Assembly: GCA_049999805.1 (NCBI GenBank)
Contig: JBNGIO010005869.1
Span: 1 to 64,000 of the forward strand
Direction: 5' to 3'
DNA from: Folioceros fuciformis
Taxonomy: Eukaryota
DNA: 64,000 bases
This document shows, piece after piece, positions 46,091 through 59,806 of this stretch (position 1 is the stretch's first letter; the number at the start of each line of letters is the position of its first letter). The position numbers were made by a program, and so were the translations under genes. The notes beneath the pieces are model-generated. The model was not told the origin of the DNA. It ran no database searches and saw nothing but the letters and a program-made list of their open reading frames with translations.

Positions 46091-49000
46091 ATGGCCTCGC
46101 GCCAGCCCACGACTCCGTCTCAGCCTGGAGACGTCCGGATTTCCTTCTCCACTGTGAAATTGCCGCTTCTGTGCCGGCCTGCCCAGCGGAAGGAGAATCC
46201 GCTGGAGAGAGCGTGGCGGGGGGCGCGGGAGGTGTTTTCCAGATGGGAGCCAGCGGCCGCGGCTGGGCGGCAGAGCTTGCTGAACGCCATGGCGGAGCGA
46301 CTTGGGAGCCCGCAGGCCCGGGCATTGTCCTCCTTCGCCTCGCTCTCCTTGGTGCGGAGACCGACAGAAGAATCAGAGCCGGCGTCCGCACGTGTTGCCA
46401 GTGGCAGCGGCAATGCTGTTGCCACCCGGGTGGCAGCTGGGCGTAAGGGCCGGAGGAAGGGCGTGGGAATTCGGATGGTGGAAGAAGCCGGGGAGGAGGA
46501 GCGCGTTCTCATCAGCGAGATTCTCATTCAGGATAAGGATGGGCAGGAGCTGGAAAATGCGGACCTACTTGCCACAGCCCGCAAGGCCCTCAAGACCTGC
46601 AAACCCAACTTCGCCCTCACCACTAGTGAAGTGCAGGATGACGTGCACAGGATCATCGACACTGGTTATTTCACCTCCTGCTTGCCCTTCGCTGAAGACA
46701 CGAGGGATGGTGTCCGTTTGATTTTCAAGGTTTGTATCGCCACCTGCCTCCATTCTGCGCTGCTGCAATGTGTCTTGTTTTTGGCATCGTCCAGGAATCT
46801 TTCATGGACAAACGACTGCAGCATCAGTAGGTTGCACTCTCTGGGTCAGGCGACAGGGATGTTGAACAGTTTTTTCTTATCCCCACTAATCTTTCATCTG
46901 AAGGTAGAGCCAAATCAGGAGCTAAAAGGATTGGTCTGCACTGGTGCCAATGCTCTCCCTACACGGGTGGTGGAAAATGCTTTCAAAGATGAATATGGTA
47001 TGTTGACCTCCTGAGCAAAGTCCGAATTTATCAAGGACTGTGCTAGCCAGGTCCGTGGTTGCAAAGAGACCAGATTTTGTCCTAAGGCTCTTGGATTCTT
47101 ATGACAAGCCGTGCAGGTAAAGTCGTCAACATACAGCGCTTGAACAAAGTGCTGGATACACTGAATGGGTGGTACAAGGAACGAGGGCTTTTCGGGCAGG
47201 TTAGTACGATCTGTACACTCTCAGCAATTTCGCATGACCGTACTCTTTACTCACACCGCTTGAGTGTCACTCTCTTGCAGGTGACCGACGTGGAAATTTT
47301 GTCTGATGGGATTATTAAAGTTCAAGTATCTGAAGCAGAAGTTAACAACATCACTATCCGATTTCTTGATAGAAAGACGTATGTTGTGTGATTATGACTT
47401 CTAGAGCAGGTAAATTTTCTCCCCCTGTGACACCTGCGGGAAACTGACTGCACCAAAAATGATCTTGGCAGGGGTGAACCCACTGTGGGACGAACCCGTC
47501 CTGAGACAATCTTGCGGCAGCTGACAACCAAGAAAGGACAGGTATGAAGTTTATCAGGACTGTACCTCCTGGGATGGTCCAGAAGTGTGACCGTTAACTG
47601 TTAGATTGCCCCTGGTACCGGGACATCCAAATTACATGTTCCCTGCGCATGTCTTGTTGTGTATGCCATTGAGGTTCATTCTCATCACTTGCTCCTTGTG
47701 ATAGGTGTACAGTCTGCAGCAGGGCAGGCGAGATGTAGAGACTGTCTTTACGATGGGAATAATGGAAGATGTTAACCTTGTGCCTCAACCAGCTGGAGGT
47801 TTGCTGCTGAGCAGTGGATGTGCATTTGCTCGGTTATTTTTGTCAAGGTTTCTGAGACCGTTTTAATTTTACAGATACCGGAAAGGTGGATTTGACAATG
47901 AACGTTGTGGAGAGAGTCACAGGTGGTTTTTCTGCAGGTGGTGGGCTATCAGGCAATGGGTTGGTCCTCATTCTCCCCTTAATTTCTTTTGGCTTGGTAC
48001 GTCTCAATCGTGTGCAGTTAGGTGTATCTGTTTCCATCATATTGTTTCCATTGTCATTGTCTAGACGCCGCTGCTTGGAGCCTCTAACATGTGGGGTCTT
48101 TGTCTTTAGGATAACCAACGGAGCTCTCTCCGGACTTGTTGGGAGGTGGGTGAAGGCTTTGAGCTGGCGTTCTGGTGGCCTTGGTCGTGATTCAGCCATG
48201 TGCCTGGAAAGCCAAGGGATAGTGAACTGATTTGCTACTTCGTGTTCTTTGGCCAGCTTTGCATACTCTCATCGGAATGCTTTTGGAAGAAATCAAAAGC
48301 TCAACATTTCACTGGAGAGGGGGCAAGTTGATTCGATGTTTCGAATTAACTACACGGACCCCTGGATTGAGGGTGATGATAAACGCACGTCCCGCTCCAT
48401 CAACATTCAGGTGCTCTTGGCGTACGAGATATCATGTCTTGGTTTGACATCTGTCAAAGTCCTGTGTACTGAACTTGTTGGCTGCTCAGAATTCAAGGAG
48501 TCCAGGAACCATAGTTCATGGTGTGCGTAGGGATGCTCGAGCATCTGGTCCCCTACATGGCGGAGTCACCATTGGGAAGCTAACTGCAGGCCTGGATTAC
48601 AGTAGACCTCTGAGACCCAAGTGGAGTGGCACTGCAGGCATAAGTTTCCAGGTTGATTCTCCTTACTTTTACTTGTTTTTATGCAAGAGCTCTGAAGTAG
48701 TACCTATGCCTTTACATTTTTTGCAGGTGGGGCCATAGTGCTAGCTCCTCACGACCAGAATGAATCTGGCCCGTTGACATGAAATTCTACTAAGCTGTGC
48801 TGTTATTCGCAGAGGGCTGGAGCTCGAGATGACCAAGGGCAACCAAAATATGTGGATATTTACAATAGTCCCCTGACATTCAGGTGTGCTTTGTAGTTGT
48901 TGTGAAGTTGCGGATTCGCTACTGCATAACTAGTCTGCCTTGAGAAATTTCTCTGACTGCTGGCACTTCATTTTGCAGCGGCCGAGCTTATGATGACATG

Positions 49001-49933
49001 CTAGTGGCAAAACTGGAGACTGTTTACACAGACTCTGGTGACAATGGTTCGTCTCAAGTGAGTAATGTTGCTCGTTTTCCATGTGAATGCTGCGTACAAG
49101 TGAACGCTTGTCCTTGCTGTTCTTTCATGCTTCATGTAACTTTTTGGTTTGCTCAGTTTGTTCATTTGATTCCACTGTTGCAGCTAGTTTTCAACACTGA
49201 GCAAGGGTTACCTATTGCACCAGAATGGCTGTTTTTCAATCGAATAAATCTGAGGGCCAGACAAGGGCTTCGAATAGGCCCGGTGCGCTCCATAGCAAGG
49301 TTAGTGTAAGGTAGAAGAGTGTGTTTTTCTGTGCCGCTTTGTAGAGGGAACCTGCAGCAATGTGAACAGGTTGAATGACTTTCAGCTTCTATGGAGGAAC
49401 GGTGATTGGAGATCTAGCACCCCATGAAGCATTTCCGATAGGAGGCACAAACAGTGTCCGAGGTTATGATGAGGGAGCGGTGGGATCTGGCCGGTCGTGC
49501 ATAGTTGCAAGTGGCGAGATCTCCGTTCCTCTGGTATGAGCAGTGTGTCCCTTGGAGATGTTGACCTTGAACGGATCTTTGAAATCACGTGACGCTGAAC
49601 TCATGCATTTGGCAGTTTGGGCCAGTGGAAGGGGCTGTATTTGCGGACTATGGCACAGATTTGGGTTCTGGAGCTACAGTCCCAGGTAAGCTACCCTTCA
49701 CATCATGTTGCAAAGGACTGCCCTCATGGTCGAGGATGTGTTTCCGGTGTTCTGATTGTCGGCGATGACCGGTTGTAGGCGATCCCGCTGGTGCTAGAGG
49801 AAAACCTGGCAGTGGTTATGGATACGGTGCTGGAATTCGGGTAGACTCTCCCTTAGGTCCTCTGAGACTAGAGTATGCATTCAACAACAATCGTGCACGG
49901 CGTTTTCACTTCGGCATTGGCTACCGAAATTAG
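46091..49933 (+). CDS. OEP80: Chloroplast outer envelope Omp85 protein OEP80/Toc75-V, multi-exon
   Basis: [22 protein letters not shown] (POTRA), [66 protein letters not shown]...FHFGIGYRN*. Confidence 0.95.
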
Positions 49934-50630
49934 TCTTCTGATTTTTCAGTCGACCTCGCAGCCTTTCCTTTGGTTGAATGGAAGGTATTTTGCGTTAGAT
50001 GAGATGCTGGAAGCTAGAATGTCTTTCAACCGGTTGAGTCTGTTTATGTGGTTAGTCTTCACAGCCGCAGAGTATCCCATAGAAGTACGGGGGGGGCCCT
50101 AGCAGCTTTTGTGCAATGGACTAGGGTCCTGGTTTCACCTTCGGTATGGCAACTTATTGCGTCTTGCGCAAGGAGTGGTCCTTCACCTAACTCACCTCAG
50201 GAGCTTCAGATCAAATCGTAACCGGGATGATTGCCTTGACGCACCTTAAAATAGTGGCAGTACATCGAGGGAGAAGAAAACCTGCTTGCCAACCGTACAG
50301 CTAATGGACAAGTATGCCCTCTACACATCGTAGAACACATCTGGTTCTTCTGTGTGCTTGCACAAAATCCCCATACTTGCCTGAAGCTTAAGTGGCGTGT
50401 CAGCAACACCGCTGGTAGGAAGCCCCGTCGGCCCACTAAAGAAAAAGGTGTCTCCTGCTGTAAATGAGGAGAATGCTCCAGATAAAGCGTCCGATGGGTG
50501 CAGAACCTGTCGCTCGTGTCGGATCGCTAACGTCAGAGATGGGCCCATCGAAGCTGCCAAGCTTGACTGGACATAACCCCTTTGAAACCGCCATGCTTGA
50601 CTAACCAAATAGTAATCCTGCAAGCCAGTA

Positions 50631-53491
50631 TCATGCTTGACCGGTGACAGACGAGTTCAGTTGCGCTTCTGTGCCCTCCGAGGCGTCCACACCAAGAATC
50701 GACCAGAGCTGCTGCAGTTGCAGCGTGCGGTCATTCTGCGGATCCGCCGCGTCAGTAGAGAAGCCACGTGCGGAGTGTAGCTCTTTGAGCAAATCTCTCA
50801 TGGTGGGTCTGTTTTTCGGCTGAAAATCCAGACACCGGACTGCCAGGTTCGCTACCATCTCGATGGACTCCCTTCCACCTGGGGAATGATAGGTTGAAGA
50901 GAGATATGGATCAACAATCTGGTGCAAGTGCCCACTCCGAATACTTGGAACGGCGAAGGTGACGAGGCTCGCGGCTTCTTGGCCTCTGCGCAAATCCACG
51001 GGGGCCTGTGCGGAGATGAGTTCCAGGAGCACCACTCCGAAGCCATACACATCGCTTTTGCTGGTAATCTGAGAGCTGGTATAGTAGTCTGGGTCGATAT
51101 AGCCAAGAGTTCCCCTAATCAGCGCCGTATAGACATGCGTAGAGTCCACAGGAGCTAACTTGGATATCCCAAAATCCGCCAGCTTCACGTTGAGGTTGTC
51201 ATCCAGCAGGATATTTGAGGACTTGACATCCCGGTGGATGATAGATGGATTAGCCGCGGAATGCAGATACGCCAAAGCTTCTGCTGTCTGCGTCGCAACC
51301 TGAAGACGCTGTACCCAGCTTAACCTTTCGCCCCTCGCTCCTTGCAAGTGCTCCTGCAGATTCCCATTCGACACGAACTCGAACACGAGAACAGCCACCT
51401 TCCTCTCCAAGCAGCAGCCCAAGAGCTTCACCAAGTGGCGATGATTCACCTTGGACAGGATCACCACCTCGTTCAAAAACTGAACCTTCTCCATGTCAGA
51501 TCCAAGCCTGCCCTTCTTGATGGCCACCCTGGTGCCATCCTCCAGCGTCCCTGCGTACACAGTCCCAAATCCACCCTCCCCTATCTGGCATCTGGTAGAG
51601 AAATTGGATGTGGCTCTCTGCAGATGGTGAAGCGGCATCAGAGTGGTCCTGTCCTTTTGCTCCATCACTACTGCAATCAAATCCGCGTCCTGTGTCGGCC
51701 TTCCACAGTACATCTGCCCCCCGAGCCATGCCCCCAGCACAGCAACTGCCACAGCCACAACCAAGGCTGAAGCCACAAAAACCTCCCACGACTTCCACAA
51801 CGACCTCCTCCTCTCCGGCACTGCCGACGACGGGACAACCAACAGCAGCTCTGCACGTACAATCCAAAACCACACTTGTCAGTCTGAATCCATGCATGAC
51901 ACTGCTGCGGGCCCATTCCAAGCTCATCACCAAAGCTCCCAAGTCCACCATAGCCTGAAATACCTGGAGGGCAAGGAGGAAGCGGGTGGCCACAGAGCCC
52001 CGGGTTGCCGGAGAAGAGGGCTGGATCCCGGAACTTGGGAGGAACAGGAGGAAGCGGGCCAGAGAGATTGTTGTTGGAGAGATTAACATACGTCAGATCC
52101 CTGAACCAGAACAGATCAGCTGGAACCCTCCCCTGCAACCGGTTGTCGGACAGATCCAGCCTGACCAGCGAGGGAATGGAGTTGTTGTCGAACTCCAGTG
52201 GAATCTCCCCCTCTAAACGGTTGGAGCTGACATCCAGCACCTCCAGAAACGGCAAAATCGGAAGCGATGAGGGCAGGCTCCCGGTAAGACTGCACTCAGC
52301 CAGCCGCAACTCCTTCAAACTATTCCCATACAGACTGAACGCCGCGTGTAGCAACCCACCCGGCTCCTCGGGCGACAGCGAGTTGTGCCCAAGGTCGAGC
52401 AACTCCAGCGCCCGTGCATTTGGGCTCAACTGAATGTTCCCGCCAAGCCTGTTGCTCCCGAGCCGCAGCTCCTTCAAGAACCCTGTCAGCGACGCCAGCC
52501 GCGAGCTCCCCTCCACCTCCCAGAACCCGAGTCTGTTGTGATCCAGGAACAGAGTGGTCAGCTTCGGCAGAGCCACCGGGTCCATCCAGTCAGGAAGTGG
52601 GCCCTCCAGACGGTTGTGGCTCAGGTCCAGGCTGCTAATCGTGCCCCGCATCGTGGCTCCGGGCAGCGCGCCAGTGAGCAGATTGTGGCTCAAATTCAAA
52701 TATCTGCTATTCACTCCGGCCACCACCAGGTCGGAAGGCACAGACCCGGTGAGCTGATTATCCGACAGGTCCAAGTACACCTTTGCGCTCCAGGGGCCTT
52801 CCGGAATGTTCCCTTCCAGCCTGTTCTTCGAGACATCCAGGAAAATCAACTCCCCCATTCCACCGACGCTCAAGTTCGGGAGCGGGCCGGTGAGGTTGTT
52901 CCTGGATAGATCCAGCCACTTCAGTGAATTCAGCTCCTGCAGGTTCGGGACGTGCCCCGAGAAGCGGTTGTTTGAGGTGTTCGCCTCCACAATGTCCCGA
53001 AAGGCCTGGAGGTCCGGGAGGGCGCCGGCGAGCATGTTGGAGTCCAGGCGGAGAAACTGCAGCCGCCGGAGCCTGCTGATCTCTGGGGGGACTTCCCCTA
53101 CCAAGGAGTTGCCGGACAGGTTGAGCGACAACAAGGAGGTGAGATTGCCCAGCTCAGACGGGATGCCGCCCACAAACTGGCCTTCCGCGCAGTCCAGGAC
53201 CTCGAGGCAATCCAGCTCTCCCAGGGCCGGCGAGAGTGTGCCCCCCATGAAGAAGAGATCCAGCTCCGTCACCCGCCCGGAAGCAGTGAAGTTGGAGCAC
53301 GTGACCCCGTACCAGTGAAGGCAAGGAGAATCATCGCTCTCGTTCCAGGAGCTGTGCAGCCTGTTCTGTGGATCCACCGTGATGCCCTTCTTCACTTCTA
53401 ACAGGATCTGCCCGTCCCTCGACAGGCCCTCCGCCGTGTTGCATGCCGCTGCCACCAGCATGACAAAGAGGGCGACCAACTCCCCCGACAT
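50631..53491 (-). CDS. Receptor kinase with LRR ectodomain and WAK-type kinase domain; 2 exons
   Basis: Exon 53491-51964 (signal peptide, LRRNT, LRRs, GNPGLCG cap) is joined in phase through GT-AG intron 51963-51851 to exon 51850-50631 (TM plus RD kinase). Confidence 0.88.
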
Positions 53492-53977
53492 TACTCTCTG
53501 CTCGCGCGCCTTTTCAATGTTTATTTACTTGCAAAATCAGCTCATTAATCTTTCATTTACAGCCCGAGATACCTGTAAGCGGTAGGTGGACAAACCTAAA
53601 TGTTCTTTATATTAAATGATCCTAGAATCCGATGTTTGATGACGATTAAAGTAGAACCCACATGACGGCATGGGCCCAGTGGGTCCACATGATGCTCGTT
53701 CTCCATAGAGGACGGTACGCAGACTCGTCCCACAGTCTTCACTCTCTGGTCTCCTGCGGCACCCGGAGGCATCTTCAAGCACGAGTTCATATGAAGCCGC
53801 TGCCTGCGGAAACGTAAAGCATTTAGACATTCCGGAACAAACTTCAGAACACCATCGAGAATCGAAGACCGGCCTTGGTTGTGTTGAGCCGTTCCGAGAT
53901 ATCCAGAGCGAGCGGTGTTGCGAGACATCCCCTTCCAACACGTCCAATGGGAGCAGAAGCTGCAGGTTTCCACGTTA

Positions 53978-55276
53978 CTAGCCAGCAACGGCTTCCTGAT
54001 GTTTCCTCTGCTGAAGCTCTCGGCTCAAGAACTGCTCCCGGTTGTACGACCGCCTCTCTGCGGCCGACATGCGACTGCGGCGCCTCTCTTTGACTGCGCG
54101 CTCATGACCTGAACCGGCCGCACCATAATCTTCTGCATCGTTCCAGAGGGAGAGTTCGTAGAAGTTTGCCAATGTGCTGTGAGAGTCCTGCAAGCCAAGT
54201 AGTAGTGAGGTGTTTCCCGTCAGTGGAATGTAGGACCTGACGGCTTCTAGAACATACAGGGAGACCTCGCTCAACTTACGTCTTGTGAAGGTTGCTCTGT
54301 CACGGCGGGTTGTGGCTCGTACGACGGGCCTGTGACAGGGCGGCTAGCCTGTGCAGAGCTATCTACCACTGGCAGCCGGTACAGGAAGATGTTGCCTTCC
54401 ACGTCGTACATCACCTCCTGGGTTGCGCGGTGCTTCAAGTACCGCTTGAAGAGTGCTGAGTTAGGGTAATCTGTCTGCAGGCTGCCAGAGAAGTGGAAGA
54501 TTTGTGTGACATGCTCGTGCAATGTCTCACACGCCAGGCGGGGTTTAGCAGCAACAACAGCAAAGAGTGGAGAAGGGAGTTTGTTTCAGAACAGAGCAGG
54601 TGCTGCAACGAACTACAAGCAGACGATTACATTTCAATGAGCTCGCCTTGGAGAGGAGTGCCGTTCAGGAAAGCCACGCGCTCCACGCACCGCTCCATCG
54701 CGCGGTGCACATTCCAAGAACCAAGGACCAGGCCTCCGGCTGCGGCAGAAGCACCAGGAAGTGTGAGTTCCCTGTGCAAGAGAAAACAGAACCCTTACAA
54801 GCCGCGGATTAAAGCGGAGTGCGTGAATTAGCTAACCCAGCGTTGCTGCCATCCGCTTCGTAAACCTCTCCAGACCATCCAGCTTCCACTGAGGTACCTT
54901 GAGACGCCGCGTCACTGCGTCCAACATGCAATGGAGACGTGTGAGCGGCAATGTTGGTTCCCAATAGGTCAGAAAGGGCCTTGCGAGAGGTGGAAGAGTT
55001 GAGGGAAATTACAGCCCCAAGCCACGGCTCCGCCGATGATGCCGCCGCGCAGCAAACCTCTACCAGCCTCGTCACGGCAGTCGTCGACAATACGCGCCTC
55101 CTCTGGCGTCAAATTGTACTGCTTGCATAGCAGCAATCTGACATCAGACGACTTCCCTCATCTCCCGACAAGAACAGGAAAGCAATCTTTTGACGGACCT
55201 TGGATTCCAAGATCCTGGTAACAAGCCGGTCGTAGACAGACCAGCTCGGAAGTGGCGTTGGGGCCGCCTGCTCCAT
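53978..55276 (-). CDS. Conserved uncharacterised plant protein (resembles the At1g05430 family, from memory), multi-exon
   Basis: Spliced reading MEQAAP...RILESK|YNLTPEEARIVDDCRDEAGRGLLRGGIIGGAVAW...GGLVLGSWNVHRAMERCVERVAFLNGTPLQGELI|LQTDYPN...EVMYD... Some exon borders are unresolved. Confidence 0.65.
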
Positions 55277-55338
55277 CTTGGTCCTATGAATCCACCAGAA
55301 TCTTTGCACGGTTTAGTCGACGCTGGACATGTCACAAT

Positions 55339-58209
55339 TTATGGCCCGTCTTGGAGCCGTGTGAAGACGTCGTTTGTTTGGGCGAAGGGTATTGGGTAAC
55401 CGGAGAAGTGAACCGCGATTCTGAACCAGTACAGTTTTCGTTGTTCGTTGTTTTACAAGAGCAGCTCACTCACACAAAACAAAATGTTCAACGAGGTTGT
55501 CACGACATCCGGCACTGTTCGTGCTGGAGCTCGTCTCTCTTCAAATCCAACATTTTAAACACCACCTTCCGAAGGACGTCGTCTGCAGGAACAGGGCCTC
55601 GGTTAGCGGCACACACAGAGCAGAAGCTGCTGAGTCTGAATTGGACTCCGATCGTGCGAGAAGGTTTCCCACCTCCTGGAGCGCGGATCAGAGCACCTGC
55701 AAACTCTAGCAAAGCGTTGTACTGGTGGAAGTGGAGATGCTCACGACTGCGGCTCTTGATGGCCATCCTCAGATGCAACTTCCCGAGGTTCAGGTACGGG
55801 TGGTGACCGGCACCATCTACATATCGTGAGCATATCTTGGCCCTGTACCACCAGCCAACGGTCATGTCAGTCCACTGTAACCCTTCGTAACCAGGGTGAC
55901 AGGATGTCATGGCACCCTGCTGGTATGGTACCTCTTGTAAAACTGAGCTCCTAGCCGCTGATTACCAACTTCCAGCAACTCGTCTGCAATGTTGCTCCAA
56001 GGGTTGCCTGAAAGACACGGAGGTCCGAAGACGGATGTCAGCCTGCTCTTGGCAAACAGCTATGCGGCATGGTACGTGGTTTCAGTGGTGAACAGTTTGG
56101 CATACCATAGTCATTATCCAGGAAGATGGCCCTGGCGCATTCTCGGACACAAATGAAACGCTTCGCGCCCCCCTACACCAAGCCCACACGCCCAGACGGT
56201 TGTTAGCAGCTCCAGTGTTTGAGAGTGCATACACAAAATTGGTGTCTTGACTGACAATGGCTACCAGCTTCCGGAGCAGCCTAAGCACGGTGTCAGACTT
56301 GGCAGTCGGGTGTAAGTAACAGCCAGCTTGAAACTTTTCAACTGCTTCCACGACGTTTCCAAGCGAGAAATCAAGCTTGCAACGCCTAAAGAGCTCTTGC
56401 GCTTTATTGGCTAGCGTGGTAGGGTCTAACACTGGTTGCTTATCCACCTGTTCCAAACCACAGCATCGTATTAATACTTGAGAGCCAGCCACTTGTACGT
56501 GGACCAAATACGTGGTACCTGCTCCAAGGGTTTTAACAGCTTAGCTGCATCCTCGGGTAAGTGCGTGTGTATCATTTCCACTTGAAAGAGATAGGAATGC
56601 ACAAGTGGAGGCGGTGGTGGTGGAGGAAGCACAGGAAAAGGAGCAGCGTTCGGAAAGAGCGTGCCGGCTGCAACCAGGACAAGTTTTCGGCAACCACTGT
56701 CCACCAGCATAGTGCAAATCCTGGCACTGTCGAAATTCGAAAGTTCCTTGCAACCAACGATGGATAATGCCTGCAGAAACCACAACTCCGTGAGGTGTGC
56801 CAGAATTGCGAAAGGAAGTGCTCCCAAGCCTGATGACTCACTTCCAGGGCGGTACAGCCACCGAGACAAATAAGGTCGTCCAGGGCAATTCGAGGGCAGC
56901 ATGCCAGTGACAGGACCACCAGGTGTTGCAGATTACTCCCCAATGCTCGCCTGTGTAGCCGGAAATAAATTTGGTGGGCACAAAATGTCGGCGGAACGGT
57001 GAAGCAAGAGCAGAGCTCCTGCACAGTTGAATACGACGGGGTGAAGCTGAACTTACAAGGTCCGGGGACCGACATCGTAACACAATCCAAGGTCGAGCTC
57101 GGTCAACTTGTGGAGATTCCCAAGTTGTGCAAACATGTCGTCAGTAAGAGACCTTCGAGCACCAAACAAGCGCAACTTTTGCAGACGGTGGCAGTGCTTC
57201 ACCAGACTTAAGAGCTGCAAAGAGATGAGTCATTTTGAAGAGCCTGACATTTGCTTCCCGACACGGTGCACGATGGAGCTGGCAAAGCAACACCCTGTGC
57301 CCTCTAAATCTGGTGGTTCAAGGGACGTACACTTGGCTCGGTGATGAGACAGAAGGAGAGATCGAGACATCTGAGCTGCTGCCCACAGCTAGACTGAGCC
57401 AAGGCTACGAGACTGAGACATGTCAATCGCCAACAGAGGGCCAGCGAGAGCACAGAGGTCCTCTGCCACAACACATGGGCCTCAATTCCTGCACGCCCGA
57501 TAACACAAGGCAGGATTGAGTCAAGAGAGGAGACACGATTACCTTCAAACGGTTGGGACAGAGCGCCGAAAACTCCCGATCGCCGAGGCAATGTGCCAAC
57601 GACACAAGCTCCACATGCTCCCACAAAGTCTCCGATGCCGCCACGGACCGCCATCTTCGAGAGACGGCTGACGCGGTGATGACATCCCGACGGGACAGTC
57701 TGGAGAAAATCCGCACCCTGCGCCACGAGGCTAGGTCAATTCAACTTCACACACAAGCACGAAACGGAGCCCAGGCCGAGCCAGACAGGCGCTCATCGGA
57801 CTCACATGAGGTCATCGGACAAGGCGTCGATACAGCACACACCAGCACCCTCACTCCCGCGGCGCCAAACGCCAGGGGAGCGCTTGGGCGGGTCGGGCAA
57901 AAGGTCGGGCTGGATCAGGACCCCGTCCCCCGCTCGTATCAAGCTGGCAGTGGCCTCGTTTAGGAGGGCCTGGCCAGGAGTGTGGAGAGAATCCACAACC
58001 CCCCACCTGCCAGCTTGCCACGCAAACGCCTCGCTGAGAACGTGGCTCACCTGCGCGGCTGCCTCTCGAGCTCTGAGGCGGGCATCCTGATCATTCTTGT
58101 GCTTAATGCTGGCCTGCATGTCCCACAGTGCGTGAGCCGGGCGCCCCCAAAGCCAACTGCACCAGGTGTCCTCCCAGTCGCCCGGCCCCGGCCCCGGCCC
58201 GGCCTCCAT
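55339..58209 (-). CDS. F-box/LRR protein with helical (TPR-like) C-terminal region, multi-exon
   Basis: F-box IDALSDDLM|VRIFSRLSRRDVITASAVSRRWRSVA..LWEHVEL; cysteine-containing LRRs (LRCLDLSFC, LTELDLGLC, LSLACCPRI). The 3' end is at 55500 or, with one more exon, 55339. Confidence 0.72.
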
Positions 58210-59806
58210 CGTTCCCGGCCCCCGCCGCACCAAGGAGCCAGCCCCGCTCAATTCCGCATCTGCGCAGCAGAACACCCGCACCCAATTGCCAGCCCGCTGG
58301 GTACCGTCCACGCGAGCAATTGCTTCCCTGCGAACGCAGAGCTAGCTGCCAACAGGACCACTGAGCATGCACAACAAACAAATTTTGCTCCAACACTCAC
58401 CCACACACAGACACACACACACAGGCACACACAGGAGTGAGTACGTCTTGCTCAAGCGCAAGGGAGACAGACACAGACGCAGACTCACCTCCATCATTCC
58501 GGCAACGGATGACAATGAACTCCAGATGCATCCCATGTACTCGCAAGTTGAATACCGTTCTCGTCACCCCACGTTTGGGGAAAACTTGGGTGCGTTTTTC
58601 TTGTCCCTTTTTTATTGTCTGCCACGCCACCTGGCTTCTCGAGCAAGAGCCCCCGGACAGAATTGGTGTGGGCTCACACACTGGGCAACGAATTTAATGA
58701 ATCGTCAAACAGTTGCCCTCCTCTTCCGGATTGGACATATCTACTAACTTTTTCCTCTGGGCCAGGCGGGCACGCATCGCCATGCCTGGGCCTGCCCACC
58801 GGTGTACATACGTACATACATCCGGCGCCTTCTGCAGTTTTCACGACCTCCAACGCAATCTTTGCTGCAACATGCAGTACTCCACCTCCAGATCTAATAA
58901 CCTCTATGGCCTCTCACGAATGACTTATGAATCAAGATATGCGTGCTTATATTGTGTGACACACACTGCTAACCGTGTCCACAAATTTAAATGTTCTTCT
59001 CCCAGAATTTTAATTTAATCTCACTCTGGTGCGCCTTACAACTTTTAAGTGTGGGATCCATCTCACCATCCTTCAGCTAGATTGTCAGACATTCTTGCCA
59101 TAGCAACGAACTCAGGCCAAGTGTGGGATCCATGCTCCTTCTATGGCAGCCATGGGCTTGTTCCGATTTCACGAAGTTAAGCGGTGATGTAGCATATGGA
59201 ACTCGAGATTAGTTCCTATGGCACGTACACCCAGATCCGTGTAAAACGCATACAAAAATTGTAGAAATATCTTTGCCTTCAGAAGGCGGGACAAATCCTA
59301 CAGCATAGTCTACTTGCACTCACTACTACGAGAGGAAGAGAGCTATTTGGTATTCCGACGAGAGCACTCAAGACTAGCCAGCCACCTTCTCCTGAGATTG
59401 CGAGGAGGCCCTACCTTGCACCGCCTCTCTACAACGTGTCATAGATACTCCCCGGGCCTACAGCGCCGGGGCTGTCGAACAATACCAGAATGAGAGCCAA
59501 CAAAGACTGGACAGCAAAAATGACATGACCGTTGATAGCCACATTTTGGTACAAAGATAGGAAGCACCGGGCGTCTTGTACGCGTTTGTGCATTCCAAAC
59601 CTGACTAGAAGGCAGGACGAAGGTGGTCCTGCGCGGACAGGTGAACGTCAGCTTGCCCAACTGCCTCACGCATCCATGGCCTGCTTGAGGAAAAGAATAT
59701 ACTGTACACTGGAGGATGCATCGGAGGCCATCGCTGTTGGTGTCGCATCAGAACCCTGGGGGCCTTCATCTCACTCACCCCACATGTCTGGTACCACCTC
59801 AGGAAC

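Noticed and set aside
51677-51963. Apparent frameshift between the LRR and kinase ORFs
   Set aside because: Explained by an in-phase 113-bp GT-AG intron.
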